NCBI GenBank assembly: GCA_963845145.1
Contig: CAWJQU010000009.1
Span: forward strand, 1-57,138
Source of the DNA: an uncultured delta proteobacterium
Lineage (GTDB): Bacteria; Desulfobacterota; Desulfobacteria; Desulfobacterales; QNYZ01
Direction of reading: 5' to 3'
DNA: 57,138 nt
In this document: positions 47,751 to 57,138 of the stretch, in pieces
Layout of the letters: the number at the start of each line of letters is the position of its first letter
How positions within the stretch are numbered: position 1 is the stretch's first letter
Position numbers and translations under genes: made by a program
The notes under the pieces: generated by a model
Told to the model about the DNA's origin: nothing
What the model saw: only the letters and a program-made list of their open reading frames with translations
Database searches by the model: none

Positions 47751-49136
47751 ATGACCACCAACTCTCCGGAAAAACCAAAAGACCCGACCCGACCTCTGGC
47801 GGATCGCGTCCGGCCGCAGACTCTGGAAGCGTTTGTGGGCCAGCATTCAGCCGTTGGTCAGGGCACGGCCATTTATCATGCCGTCCGAAACGATCAAATC
47901 TTTTCGATGATCTTATGGGGTCCGCCCGGTTGTGGTAAAACCACCCTGGCCCGAATTATGGCCAACGACACCCATGCCCATTTTCTACAGTTTTCGGCCG
48001 TCCTTTCCGGCGTAAAAGATATTCGGGCCGCCATAAAAACGGCAAAAGAGCAAAAAGAGCATCACCAAAGAAAAACGGTTTTATTCGTCGACGAAATCCA
48101 TCGCTTCAATAAAAGCCAGCAAGACGCCTTTTTGGATCATGTTGAAAGTGGCCTTATTACGCTCGTAGGGGCTACAACGGAAAACCCATCGTTTGAGGTC
48201 ATACCCGCCCTTTTGTCCCGCTGTCGGGTTATTGTACTGTCGTTATTAACCGAAGCGGATATTGATACCATTCTTCGCCGCACCCTGAACGATAAAGATA
48301 ATGGTTATGGCCACCTGAGTATCACCCTGGCCGAGGATGCATTGGCCCATCTGGTACAAATCGCCGCCGGTGACGCCCGCACAGCCCTAAACGGTCTGGA
48401 ACTAGCCGTTTCACTGGCCACCGACATTGCCGCAACAGCCGATCAGCCGGTGGTTATTTCGGCGGATGATATTATCCGAGCGTTGCAAAAAAAGGCGATG
48501 CTCTATGACAAGGGTGGCGAAGAACATTACAATCTGATTTCGGCTCTACATAAAAGCCTGCGAGGAAGTGATCCGGATGCGGCCATTTACTGGTTGATCC
48601 GAATGCTGGAAGGCGGGGAAGACCCGCTCTACATCGCCCGCCGCATGGTCCGATTCGCGGCCGAGGATATCGGCAATGCCGATCCCAATGCCATGACCGT
48701 GGCCCTAAACGCCGTGGAAGCCTTTCGCTTTCTGGGCCACCCCGAGGGTGATCTGGCGCTATCCCAGGCCGCCCTTTACCTGGCCACGGCCCCAAAAAGC
48801 AACCGAATCTATACGGCCCACAAAGATGTGGCGCGGGTCGTCAAGCAAAACGGCCCCCTGCCCGTCCCTTTGCACATTCGCAACGCGCCCACACGGTTGA
48901 TGAAAGATATCGGCTACGGCAAGAACTACCGCTATGCCCACAACTACAAGGATGCCTATACAACCCAGGATTACTTGCCGGAAAAATTACAAAACCGAAT
49001 TTTTTACCAACCAACCGACCGAGGGTACGAAAAAATCGTCAAACAACGCCTCGACCGATGGCGCCAGATCAAAGCCAAGCAGCGTGCTAAAAAGCGGAGT
49101 GAGATAAAAAAACAAACCAACGGGAACACCGGCTAA
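47751..49136 (+). CDS. rarA: Replication-associated recombination protein A
   Basis: [54 protein letters not shown]. Confidence 0.96.
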   Translation: MTTNSPEKPKDPTRPLADRVRPQTLEAFVGQHSAVGQGTAIYHAVRNDQIFSMILWGPPGCGKTTLARIMANDTHAHFLQFSAVLSGVKDIRAAIKTAKEQKEHHQRKTVLFVDEIHRFNKSQQDAFLDHVESGLITLVGATTENPSFEVIPALLSRCRVIVLSLLTEADIDTILRRTLNDKDNGYGHLSITLAEDALAHLVQIAAGDARTALNGLELAVSLATDIAATADQPVVISADDIIRALQKKAMLYDKGGEEHYNLISALHKSLRGSDPDAAIYWLIRMLEGGEDPLYIARRMVRFAAEDIGNADPNAMTVALNAVEAFRFLGHPEGDLALSQAALYLATAPKSNRIYTAHKDVARVVKQNGPLPVPLHIRNAPTRLMKDIGYGKNYRYAHNYKDAYTTQDYLPEKLQNRIFYQPTDRGYEKIVKQRLDRWRQIKAKQRAKKRSEIKKQTNGNTG

Positions 49137-49156
49137 CGGGCTAACCGGCAAACCGC
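49117..49156. repeat. Degenerate 8-nt-period tandem repeat
   Basis: CCAACGGG AACACCGG CTAACGGG CTAACCGG CAAACCGC, spanning the rarA stop. Confidence 0.55.
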
Positions 49157-49533
49157 TTATTCTTTTGATTATCGACACCCGTTGGGCTTCGGCCAATGGT
49201 CCGTGATGCCGGCCTCTTCGTTAGGCGGATAGCAGGACTGCCACATCGTTTCGCTAAGATTGAGACCTCTTAATTTGATGGCGCAGGGGTCATTGAGGAC
49301 ACGCTAAAAGATCATCCCATTTTTTTTCTGAATCACTGCTTGAAAATGCATCCCCGCCATTTAAACCGATAGAAAACAGCATAATTAAAAACAGAACCTT
49401 AGGCATAGACATCGTAATCTCCTATTCAAAGCGGCATGTGAAGATATTGTCCGTAACATGGGCTGCCTTCCGGATTTCGATCCCAAATATATCAGAATAA
49501 TGCCATAATAGACAAATAACCTCGGTATCATAT

Positions 49534-49560
49534 TAAAGATTAGATTGGTTTTGCCGATAT
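49534..49560 (+). promoter_or_regulatory. Putative sigma28 (FliA) promoter
   Basis: TAAA-15 nt-GCCGATAT, ~90 bp upstream of the sensor kinase start. Confidence 0.7.
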
Positions 49561-49651
49561 AAACATAAAGCGATGAGGAGCGCCGGTTTCAATTGAGTTA
49601 CTTTAATAATACCACTCTTTTATTATGAAAACGATAACATCCACCTAAAAA

Positions 49652-52198
49652 ATGGGGGCTGAATTGTCCGAAAATCAGGCAAACAAAGGCATGGGCCTCG
49701 GGATATTACCTAAACTTCTTATTTCTTTCTTGTGCGTTTCCATGATCCCATTGATTATCATTGGATACATGGCAAGCAAAAACATGAAAGAGACCGGTTT
49801 GGCGGCCGTACGCGAGGCCGAAGATATGGTTGAAAAAAGTCATGGATTGGCAAAACAAACAGGCAAAAAAGCCATCGAAGACGCCATTGGTGCACTTGAT
49901 GACAAGTCCACCGAAGCCATTGAAGTGAGGACTGAGACACTTGCTCAGAACATTGCCGATTTTCTTTACGAAAGGGACCAGGATATTCTTACCCTGGCTT
50001 CTTTTGAGCCGAATCCGGAGGGATATCTCCGCGCCTATCTTGCGGCTAATAAAGATGTCACCATCCACGGGAAGTGGCCCCCGGAGAAAAACCCGACCAA
50101 CCGCGCAAAGCTTCTCTGGCAAAATCAGGAGAATAAAGAATCCTGGCGGCACCGGCCGCCGTCTGGATTTCAAAAAGTATCTAAACCGCTCTATAAAGAG
50201 ATCACCTATATTGACCTTGAGGGAAGGGAAAAGTTAAAAATTGTCGACGGAAAAATTTCAGATAATTTTAAGGATGTGAGCCGGATAGAAAATACATACA
50301 ACAAGGCTGAAGACTATTACTCCCATTTATCCCGGTTAAATAAAGGCGACATCCATGTTTCCAGGGTCGTCGGTGCCTACGTAAAGGGCTGGCTTTATAA
50401 AACACCGGATGGCATTGGGGTAAAGCCGGAAAGCGCCTACGCCGGCAAAGAGAATCCCGGCGGCCAACGATTTGATGGAATCATCAGATGGGCGACACCT
50501 GTTTACGACGAAAAGGGTAAAACAGGGTACCTGACCATGGCCCTGGACCACACCCATCTCATGGAATTTACAGACCATATCGTTACGACAAAACAACGTT
50601 TTTCGGATATTTCCGATGCCGGATCCGGTAATTATGCCTGGCTTTGGGACGATCAGGACCAATGCATCTCCCATCCACGTGACTTTTTTATCTGCGGTTA
50701 TGATCCCAATACCGGCAAAGAAGTGCCCGGTTGGCTGGGACAGGAAACCTATGATGAGTATAAAGACAGTGGCCTGACGTTGGAGGATTTTGTACGCAAG
50801 CTTCCCTCCTTTAGAGCGTTTTCCTTGAAAAAAAAGGGTGCCAAAGAGCAGCTTAAATCAGGAAATATTGCGCTGGATTGCCGAATTTTGGATACGGCCC
50901 CCCAGTGCCAGGGTTGGCATACCGGCACGGAAGATGGCGGTTCGGGCTCTTTTCTGATTTTCTGGAGTGGACTCTGGAAGCTGACCACCTATGCAACGGT
51001 GCCGTATTATACCGGCCCATATGCCCATTCAAAAAGAGGATTCGGATATGTGACCCTGGGTGCCAATGTGGACGATTTTCACAAAGCGGCAAATATTACA
51101 AAGGCCGAAATCGAAAAAACAATCGCTGAAAAGGCCAAGGACATTCGTGAAGCGACCCAGACCACCCGGGCGCTCATCATAGACAACTTCGTCCGGAATC
51201 GACGGGTAACGATTATCGTCGCCGCTGTTTCGGCCCTGCTGGTGATCTGCGCTTCCATTATTTTGAGCCTGAATATCACCCGCCCCATCAAGCGGTTGAC
51301 CCGAGGGGCCCAAGCCATGAGGGACGGGGACCTGGATCAGCAGATCGAAATTAAATCCAGGGATGAAATTGGAACCCTGACGAAGACATTTAATGAGATG
51401 ATCGTAAAAATTGCCGAAGTAGACAGAATGAAATCGGAATTCGTCACCACCGCATCCCATGAACTCAGAACGCCCATTCATGCCATGCTGCTCAGCATTT
51501 CCGGCTTACTTGAAGGTTACTCCGGGGATATGGATGAAGAGACCCGCGAAGATATTGAAATGGTCAATGAGGGTTTGTCAAGGCTACAACGTCTGGTTGA
51601 AGACCTTTTAAATGTTTCCAGAATAGAATCCGGGAAGACGGAAATCAATTTTGTTGAAGCATCTGTTGCTTCTATCATTGACAGAGCTACTGGGGAAGTA
51701 CACAAACTAGTCACAGATCAGAGTCATGAAGTCATCGTTAATATTCCTGCGGATATGCCACCCATTCACGCCGATGTGGATCGAATGACACAAGTGCTGA
51801 TCAATCTGTTGAGTAATTCCGTTAAATATTCTCCCAATGGGGGGAAGATCATTGTTGAAACAACCGTTGAAAAAGATACAATGTTCATCACTGTTGCCGA
51901 TAATGGTTACGGAATTCCACTATGGGCTCAGGAAAAAATATTTGAAAAATTCTTCCAGGCTGATAGTATCATGTCACAAAAGGTCGGCGGTAGTGGGCTT
52001 GGCTTGAGTATTACCCAAAAAATTGTAGTTGCACATGGGGGCAGCATAGATATTGAAAGCCCAGTGCCGGAAGGACGATATGCCGATTTACCGCTTGGTG
52101 GGGAACGACACGGCACGATATTTACGGTAAGTTTACCTTTACACAATCAACAATCCGTAAAAAAAAGCAAATGGGAGGTCAAAGGGGGCGGTGAATGA
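49652..52198 (+). CDS. Membrane sensor histidine kinase (large periplasmic domain, HAMP, HisKA, HATPase)
   Basis: Two TM segments; ITRPIKRL..DEIGTL (HAMP); SHELRTP; NLLSNSVKY; DNGYGI; GSGLGL. Confidence 0.93.
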   Translation: MGAELSENQANKGMGLGILPKLLISFLCVSMIPLIIIGYMASKNMKETGLAAVREAEDMVEKSHGLAKQTGKKAIEDAIGALDDKSTEAIEVRTETLAQNIADFLYERDQDILTLASFEPNPEGYLRAYLAANKDVTIHGKWPPEKNPTNRAKLLWQNQENKESWRHRPPSGFQKVSKPLYKEITYIDLEGREKLKIVDGKISDNFKDVSRIENTYNKAEDYYSHLSRLNKGDIHVSRVVGAYVKGWLYKTPDGIGVKPESAYAGKENPGGQRFDGIIRWATPVYDEKGKTGYLTMALDHTHLMEFTDHIVTTKQRFSDISDAGSGNYAWLWDDQDQCISHPRDFFICGYDPNTGKEVPGWLGQETYDEYKDSGLTLEDFVRKLPSFRAFSLKKKGAKEQLKSGNIALDCRILDTAPQCQGWHTGTEDGGSGSFLIFWSGLWKLTTYATVPYYTGPYAHSKRGFGYVTLGANVDDFHKAANITKAEIEKTIAEKAKDIREATQTTRALIIDNFVRNRRVTIIVAAVSALLVICASIILSLNITRPIKRLTRGAQAMRDGDLDQQIEIKSRDEIGTLTKTFNEMIVKIAEVDRMKSEFVTTASHELRTPIHAMLLSISGLLEGYSGDMDEETREDIEMVNEGLSRLQRLVEDLLNVSRIESGKTEINFVEASVASIIDRATGEVHKLVTDQSHEVIVNIPADMPPIHADVDRMTQVLINLLSNSVKYSPNGGKIIVETTVEKDTMFITVADNGYGIPLWAQEKIFEKFFQADSIMSQKVGGSGLGLSITQKIVVAHGGSIDIESPVPEGRYADLPLGGERHGTIFTVSLPLHNQQSVKKSKWEVKGGGE

Positions 52199-52563
52199 AA
52201 TTTGAAAAAATTCTAGTTGCAGAAGACGAAAAACCGATTCGTACGTACATCGAGAAAAAGCTGGCTAAGCTCGGGTATACCGTAATCGCGGTTGCAGACG
52301 GTCAACAAGCTCTGGAAAAGGCGTTATCCAACCTCCCGGATATCATTCTCCTGGATGTCAAAATGCCTGTCTTAAACGGCCTTGACGTTTGCAAACGGCT
52401 AAAAGCCGAGGACCAGACTAAAAAAATCCCGATTATTATGCTTTCTGCCAAAGCGCAAGCCAAGGAGATCGAAGAGGGGTACAAAGCCGGTGCCGACAAG
52501 TATTTGTGTAAACCGATCGGTTTTCCCGATATTCTAAAAGAGATCGAGACCTTTGAAAGTTAA
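52195..52563 (+). CDS. Single-domain response regulator
   Basis: ILVAEDE, ILLDVKMP, LSA, YLCKP. Confidence 0.93.
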   Translation: MKFEKILVAEDEKPIRTYIEKKLAKLGYTVIAVADGQQALEKALSNLPDIILLDVKMPVLNGLDVCKRLKAEDQTKKIPIIMLSAKAQAKEIEEGYKAGADKYLCKPIGFPDILKEIETFES

Positions 52564-52627
52564 AACTGCAAATAGACACAAGCGCCGCTCCCACCGAATC
52601 CAAAGGCATGGAAAATAGGCATACGCA

Positions 52628-53893
52628 ATGAGTGATTCCCAATCATCCTGTGATGAACAGGAGAGACGCGCACTTCAGGGGTATATATTTGCCTTGGAGG
52701 AGGTCCAGGAAACAGCGGATAATCTTTCCCAGGAAAATGAACGTTTAAACCATTCACAAAGCCTTCTGATGGCCATCCTGGGTAGTGCTAAAACCGGGAT
52801 AACCCTGATAAAAAACCGTAAGCTTTCATGGTGCAATCCAGGATTCACAGATATTCTTGGATGGCATCAAGATGAAATCATCGGTATGAGTGTCACCGCT
52901 TTATATCCAAATATAGACGAATACGAAAAAATGGGGCAATTAATTTACGGTGAGAGGCTCCATAGCCACTTAGAAACATTCGAATATGAGTTTGTACATA
53001 AACAGGGCCATCGGGTTCCTTGCTTGGTCACCGGGCAGGCCCTTGACCATAGCGACCTTACCAAAGGATATATTTTTACGTTAACAAACATCACCGCGCG
53101 CAAGGAAGCCGAGCGGAAATTAAAAAGGGAGAAAACAAACGCCGAAAAGGCAAATCGAGCCAAGAGTGACTTTTTGGCCAACATGAGCCATGAGTTGAGG
53201 ACACCGTTAAACCATATCATCGGATTTACGGAGCTGGTTGTTGATAAGAATTTTGGAGATTTGAATGAAACCCAGGAAGAGTATCTAAACGATGCCCTTG
53301 GCAGTAGCCGGCATTTGCTATCCATGATCAATGATATTTTAGATCTTGCAAAAGTCGAGACTGGGAAGATGGCGCTGGAGCTTTCGACCATAGCCCCAAG
53401 GGATATTTTAGAAAACAGTATGTCGATGATCAAAGAAAAGGCCATGAAGCACAATATACGTTTATCAACGGACGTAGCCAGTATACCGAAAACGATCACC
53501 GCCGACGAACGCAAGTTTAAGCAAATTATTTATAACCTGCTATCCAACGCAGTAAAATTCACACCTGATGATGGGCACATTCACCTGGGGGCAAAATGGA
53601 TTCAGGAATCATTACTGTCTGCTCCATCCTCATCCGCTAGCGCTTTTATTGAAGTTAGTGTAACCGATACGGGTATCGGCATTAAGCCAAAAGACCTCAA
53701 ACGGATCTTCAAGCCTTTTGAGCAGATCGAAAATTCAGCCAGTCGAAAGTATCCTGGAACCGGTCTGGGATTGTCGCTGACCAAAGATCTCATAGAACTG
53801 CATGGGGGCAAAATTATTGCCGAGAGCAAAGGCGAGGGTAAAGGTAGTACATTTACCTTCGTTATTCCGGGTATAGAAAAATCCAACGGTTGA
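52628..53893 (+). CDS. Cytoplasmic PAS histidine kinase
   Basis: CNPGFTDILGW (PAS); FLANMSHELRTPLN; NLLSNAVKFT; DTGIGI; GTGLGL. Confidence 0.93.
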   Translation: MSDSQSSCDEQERRALQGYIFALEEVQETADNLSQENERLNHSQSLLMAILGSAKTGITLIKNRKLSWCNPGFTDILGWHQDEIIGMSVTALYPNIDEYEKMGQLIYGERLHSHLETFEYEFVHKQGHRVPCLVTGQALDHSDLTKGYIFTLTNITARKEAERKLKREKTNAEKANRAKSDFLANMSHELRTPLNHIIGFTELVVDKNFGDLNETQEEYLNDALGSSRHLLSMINDILDLAKVETGKMALELSTIAPRDILENSMSMIKEKAMKHNIRLSTDVASIPKTITADERKFKQIIYNLLSNAVKFTPDDGHIHLGAKWIQESLLSAPSSSASAFIEVSVTDTGIGIKPKDLKRIFKPFEQIENSASRKYPGTGLGLSLTKDLIELHGGKIIAESKGEGKGSTFTFVIPGIEKSNG

Positions 53894-54121
53894 CATGAGT
53901 CGCGAAGATTGGCGGCTGCCTTTTTTACAAATTTTTAAGCTCAAAAACATCAGTTTATTCAAAAGATAGACATCCACTCACTTTCCTTCATCATCTTGTA
54001 AAACGCCCCTACCCGATAACTTGATACAACCCCAAAAATTAAGTGTCGATAAACGCAACGATATTATATAAATGGTAATTATGATAAGATACGTTAAAAT
54101 TTATCGGATCGATAACTGCAA

Positions 54122-54802
54122 ATGTTGCACACTCAAAAATACCAAGACTATTTGGTCGGATCCTTAAACCCGTTATCCGATGATCAGATGAGGATAGTGA
54201 TTCATCATCTGAATTTACCTCACATGTCGGCAACGGGGGTTCTTGGTGGACGCAGTCAACCCTTTTGCTATGATCTTACCGGGTACGGGTCGGTCATACT
54301 TAAAAAATACTATCGTGGCGGCGCTATCCGGCATGTTAACCATCACACCTACCTGAAATGGGGCGTAACCCGTCCGGAAGTTGAATTTATGATGTTAAGC
54401 CGGGTCCGAGAATTGGGTATCAACGTCCCGGAACCGTTTGTTTTCATCACCAAGGGCCGGTGGCTCTATCAAGGCTGGCTGGTGACGCAACGGATCGAAA
54501 ATGTCTTAACCCTGGCCGAACTGGCCGCCCACGACCGGTCGAAAGCCGAAACCGCCATAGAATCCCTGAACCATCAGGTGTCATTGTTAATCGAGCATCG
54601 AATTCATCATACCGATCTGCACCCGGGCAATGTGCTAGTTGACGATAACGGCGTGGTATATCTCATTGACTTCGACAAGGCCCGCAACAATATTCGAAAT
54701 CGTCAAAAATTACGAATCCGCTATGATAGGAGATGGCGCAGGGCCATTGAGAAACACCGGCTACCAAAGTGGCTTGGCACCGCCATCTCCGATGAACTTT
54801 AA
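54122..54802 (+). CDS. Lipopolysaccharide kinase (KdkA/WaaP family)
   Basis: LKKYYRGG, TRPEVEF, VPEP, HTDLHPGNVL, LIDFDK. Confidence 0.85.
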   Translation: MLHTQKYQDYLVGSLNPLSDDQMRIVIHHLNLPHMSATGVLGGRSQPFCYDLTGYGSVILKKYYRGGAIRHVNHHTYLKWGVTRPEVEFMMLSRVRELGINVPEPFVFITKGRWLYQGWLVTQRIENVLTLAELAAHDRSKAETAIESLNHQVSLLIEHRIHHTDLHPGNVLVDDNGVVYLIDFDKARNNIRNRQKLRIRYDRRWRRAIEKHRLPKWLGTAISDEL

Positions 54803-54831
54803 GAAAACATTAGATGAGGAGAATCAACGAT

Positions 54832-55940
54832 ATGAAAAGCAAAGTCTACTTTACCGATCTACGTGCCAAATACAAAGAGAGCTTTATTGACAAGCTGGAA
54901 AAACTCGTCAAACGCGCGGGGATGGGGCGCACCGTTAAAAAAAGGGATCTGGTTGCCGTCAAGCTGCATTTCGGCGAGCTGGGGAATACGGCCTTTATTC
55001 GCCCGGTCTATATTCGCCGACTTGTAAACGCCATTAAGAAAAACGGCGGCACGCCATTTTTAACCGACGCCAACACCCTGTACGCCGGTACCCGGGGTGA
55101 TTCGGTCCATCATTTGAAAACGGCCATTGAAAATGGATTTGCTTACCCGGTGGTGGGTGCCCCTCTGATTATAGCCGATGGATTGCGAGGCAAAAGCGAG
55201 ACAGCGGTCACCATCAACCGGTCCCGCTTCAAGGATGTTTACATCGGGTCGGAAATCGTACACGCCGATGCCCTGGTTTCCGTAGCTCATTTCAAGTGCC
55301 ATGAACTGTCCGGCTTCGGCGGTACCATTAAAAATTTGGGCATGGGGTGCGCGTCCCGTAAAGGCAAAATGGAACAGCACGCCGATGTCAGCCCTAAGGT
55401 CAAAAACAAAAGTTGCGTTGGCTGCGGCATGTGCGCGGCCCATTGCGCCCATAAGGCCATCGCCCTCATCGATATTAATGGCAAGAAAAAAGCGAAAATT
55501 GATTCAAAAAAATGCGTCGGTTGCGGCGAGTGTATTTTAATTTGCCCCACCGAGTCGGTCCAGGTGCAGTGGAAGCAGGACGTTCCCGCATTTATGGAAA
55601 AAATGGTCGAATATACGCTGGGTGTTTTGAGGGCAAAAAAGGCAAATCTCTTTTCATCAACTTTATCACCGATGTCTCTCCCGCATGTGACTGCCTGCCC
55701 GACAACGACGCGCCCATTGTACGAAACATCGGGGTGGTTGCTTCCAAAGACCCCGTGGCCATCGACCAGGCTTCGGTGGACCTCGTCAACGCCGAGACCG
55801 CCCTGCCCGGTAGTTGTCTGAAAACCCATACCAAACCCGGCGAAGACAAGTTCAAGGCGATTTTTCCCAAAATCGAGGGGCCCCTTCAACTCGACTATGC
55901 TGAAAAACTTAAACTGGGACGTCGGGAATACGTCTTGTGA
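54832..55940 (+). CDS. DUF362-type Fe-S protein with a 2x[4Fe-4S] ferredoxin insert; apparent 1-nt frameshift at ~55630
   Basis: VKLHFGE, LTDANTLY, HFKCH..FGGTIKNLGMG, two CxxCxxCxxxC motifs. The C-terminus (DVSPACDC..ASKDPVAIDQAS) is in another frame. Confidence 0.85.
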
Positions 55941-55979
55941 CCGTTTAGCCTCAGCCAAGAAAAAGGCCAGGGAAAAGGC

Positions 55980-56008
55980 TTGACAACAACAAAAGAAATC
56001 CATAGGTT
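55980..56008 (+). promoter_or_regulatory. Putative sigma70 promoter of the trp operon
   Basis: TTGACA-17 nt-TAGGTT, upstream of the leader ORF. Confidence 0.6.
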
Positions 56009-56040
56009 TCGGTGTCAATCTCAAAGATAGTGGTAATCAA

Positions 56041-56100
56041 ATGAAAACTAAATCTCAAACGATAACGTGTCAAAACCATTGGTGGTGGCAAACTTTTTAA
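56041..56100 (+). CDS. trpL: Trp operon leader peptide MKTKSQTITCQNHWWWQTF
   Basis: 19-codon ORF with TGG TGG TGG, directly upstream of terminator hairpins and trpE. Confidence 0.9.
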   Translation: MKTKSQTITCQNHWWWQTF

Positions 56101-56153
56101 ACGGCTTGCCGGCGATATCGTCTTTGTAAAAGACAGAACAGAAAATAAAATCT

Positions 56154-56232
56154 AAATCGTGGGCGGGCCAATCGCCCGCGATTTTTTTATTAATAGTAAG
56201 GGTCATGGGCGACGTTCCATGGCCCTTTTTTT
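56154..56232 (+). terminator. Attenuator with two tandem terminator-like hairpins
   Basis: AAATCGTGGGCG / CGCCCGCGATTT plus a T-run (56154-56188), then AAGGGTCATGG / CCATGGCCCTT plus a T-run (56198-56232). Confidence 0.8.
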
Positions 56233-56276
56233 GTGTCAACGGTTGAATCACTGTTGAATCCAGGAGGTATCTTTAC

Positions 56277-57138
56277 ATGCAGCTCAGACAATTTCCCGAT
56301 AAGAACCGTTTTTTCGATCTGGCCAAGAGTGCCAATGCGGTACCTGTCTGCGCCGAAATCCTGGCGGACACCGTCACACCGGTAACCCTTTTAAAGACAT
56401 TTTACGATAACGGGCAGCCCCTGTTTCTTTTGGAAAGTGTTGAGGGTGGGGAGCGATGGGGACGCTACAGCTTTTTGGGCATTTCAACCCGCTATCGGGT
56501 TCGTGTCTTTTCAGAGCACATCAGCATTGACGGCAACCATCAAAACATGCGTCAGCCCCACGGCGGCAATCCGCTCGCCTTATTAAAATCAATGATGGCT
56601 CGTTTCCGGCCGGCGAGGTACCCGAGCTGCCCAATTTCTGGGGCGGGCTGGTGGGTTACTTTACTTACGAAATGGTTTCATTTTTTGAAAATATCCCCAA
56701 CCAATGGCCACCTGATAAGGCGCTGGCCGACTTTGTCATTCCGGATGAATTGCTTATTTTCGAAAATATCCGCCACACATTGTTCATCGTCGTCACCGCT
56801 TTTTTAGAAGACAATGGGGCTGATAACACCCAAGATGAAACCCAGATGGGGATCGATTATGCAGACGCCATCCAGCGGATCAACCGGATCATCGGCGACA
56901 TAAAAACCAAACCGTCAACGCCCGAGCCACCGCCCCCAAAGATTGTGGTCTGCTCCCGCAAATATCCCCGAAGCGCTACCGTGACCAGATTCATGAGGTA
57001 AAGCGCGCGATACGGGCCGGCGACATCATTCAGGCGGTGATTTCCCAGCCGTTTATCTGCGAGACGCCTCCGGATTTTTGGCAACTGTACCGGGCCCAGC
57101 GGTATATCAATCCGTCGCCCTACATGTTTTTCATTCAC
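56277..57138 (+). CDS. trpE: Anthranilate synthase component I, 3'-truncated by window edge, with two apparent 1-nt frameshifts (~56614 and ~56935)
   Basis: LADTVTP, FLLESVEGGERWGRYSFLG; then FWGGLVGYFTYE in a second frame; then IRAGDIIQAVISQ..YRAQRYINPSPYMF in a third. AGGAGG RBS. Confidence 0.92.

Noticed and set aside
49140..49320. c-di-GMP-I riboswitch suggested by GGCAAACC
   Set aside because: The rest of the motif (GNRA stem, GCAAAG and second hairpin) is absent; GGCAAACC belongs to the octamer repeat.
55287..56024. 245-aa minus-strand ORF and other long antisense ORFs across the window
   Set aside because: They are shadows of well-supported genes on the opposite strand and have no motifs of their own.

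Overview
A mostly housekeeping, about 50% GC chromosomal window. Its gene content is typical of a Desulfobacterales-like deltaproteobacterium (inference). It carries tRNA-Ala(CGC), tRNA-Lys(CTT), nrdJ with tandem NrdR boxes, hemL, aapJQMP, der, rarA, arfB, two-component genes, and the 5' part of trpE with a WWW leader-peptide attenuator. The most striking feature is a compact 2,108-bp IS-like element (1437-3544) near the 3' end of tRNA-Ala. It encodes only two overlapping, catalytically intact tyrosine recombinases, is bounded by perfect 16-bp terminal inverted repeats, and is flanked by an exact 7-bp direct repeat (CTCCAAC). Its first recombinase carries a QLSLF beta-clamp-type motif. There are also two families of non-coding hairpin MITE-like repeats; one copy sits inside a galE remnant with a TTA target duplication, which is direct evidence of past insertion. 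Other points of interest are a dynamin-like GTPase overlapping an orphan ParA and a membrane-anchored EHD-like protein. Four apparent 1-nt deletions near the window ends look like sequencing or assembly errors. All protein calls come from motifs recognised by eye; no searches were run.
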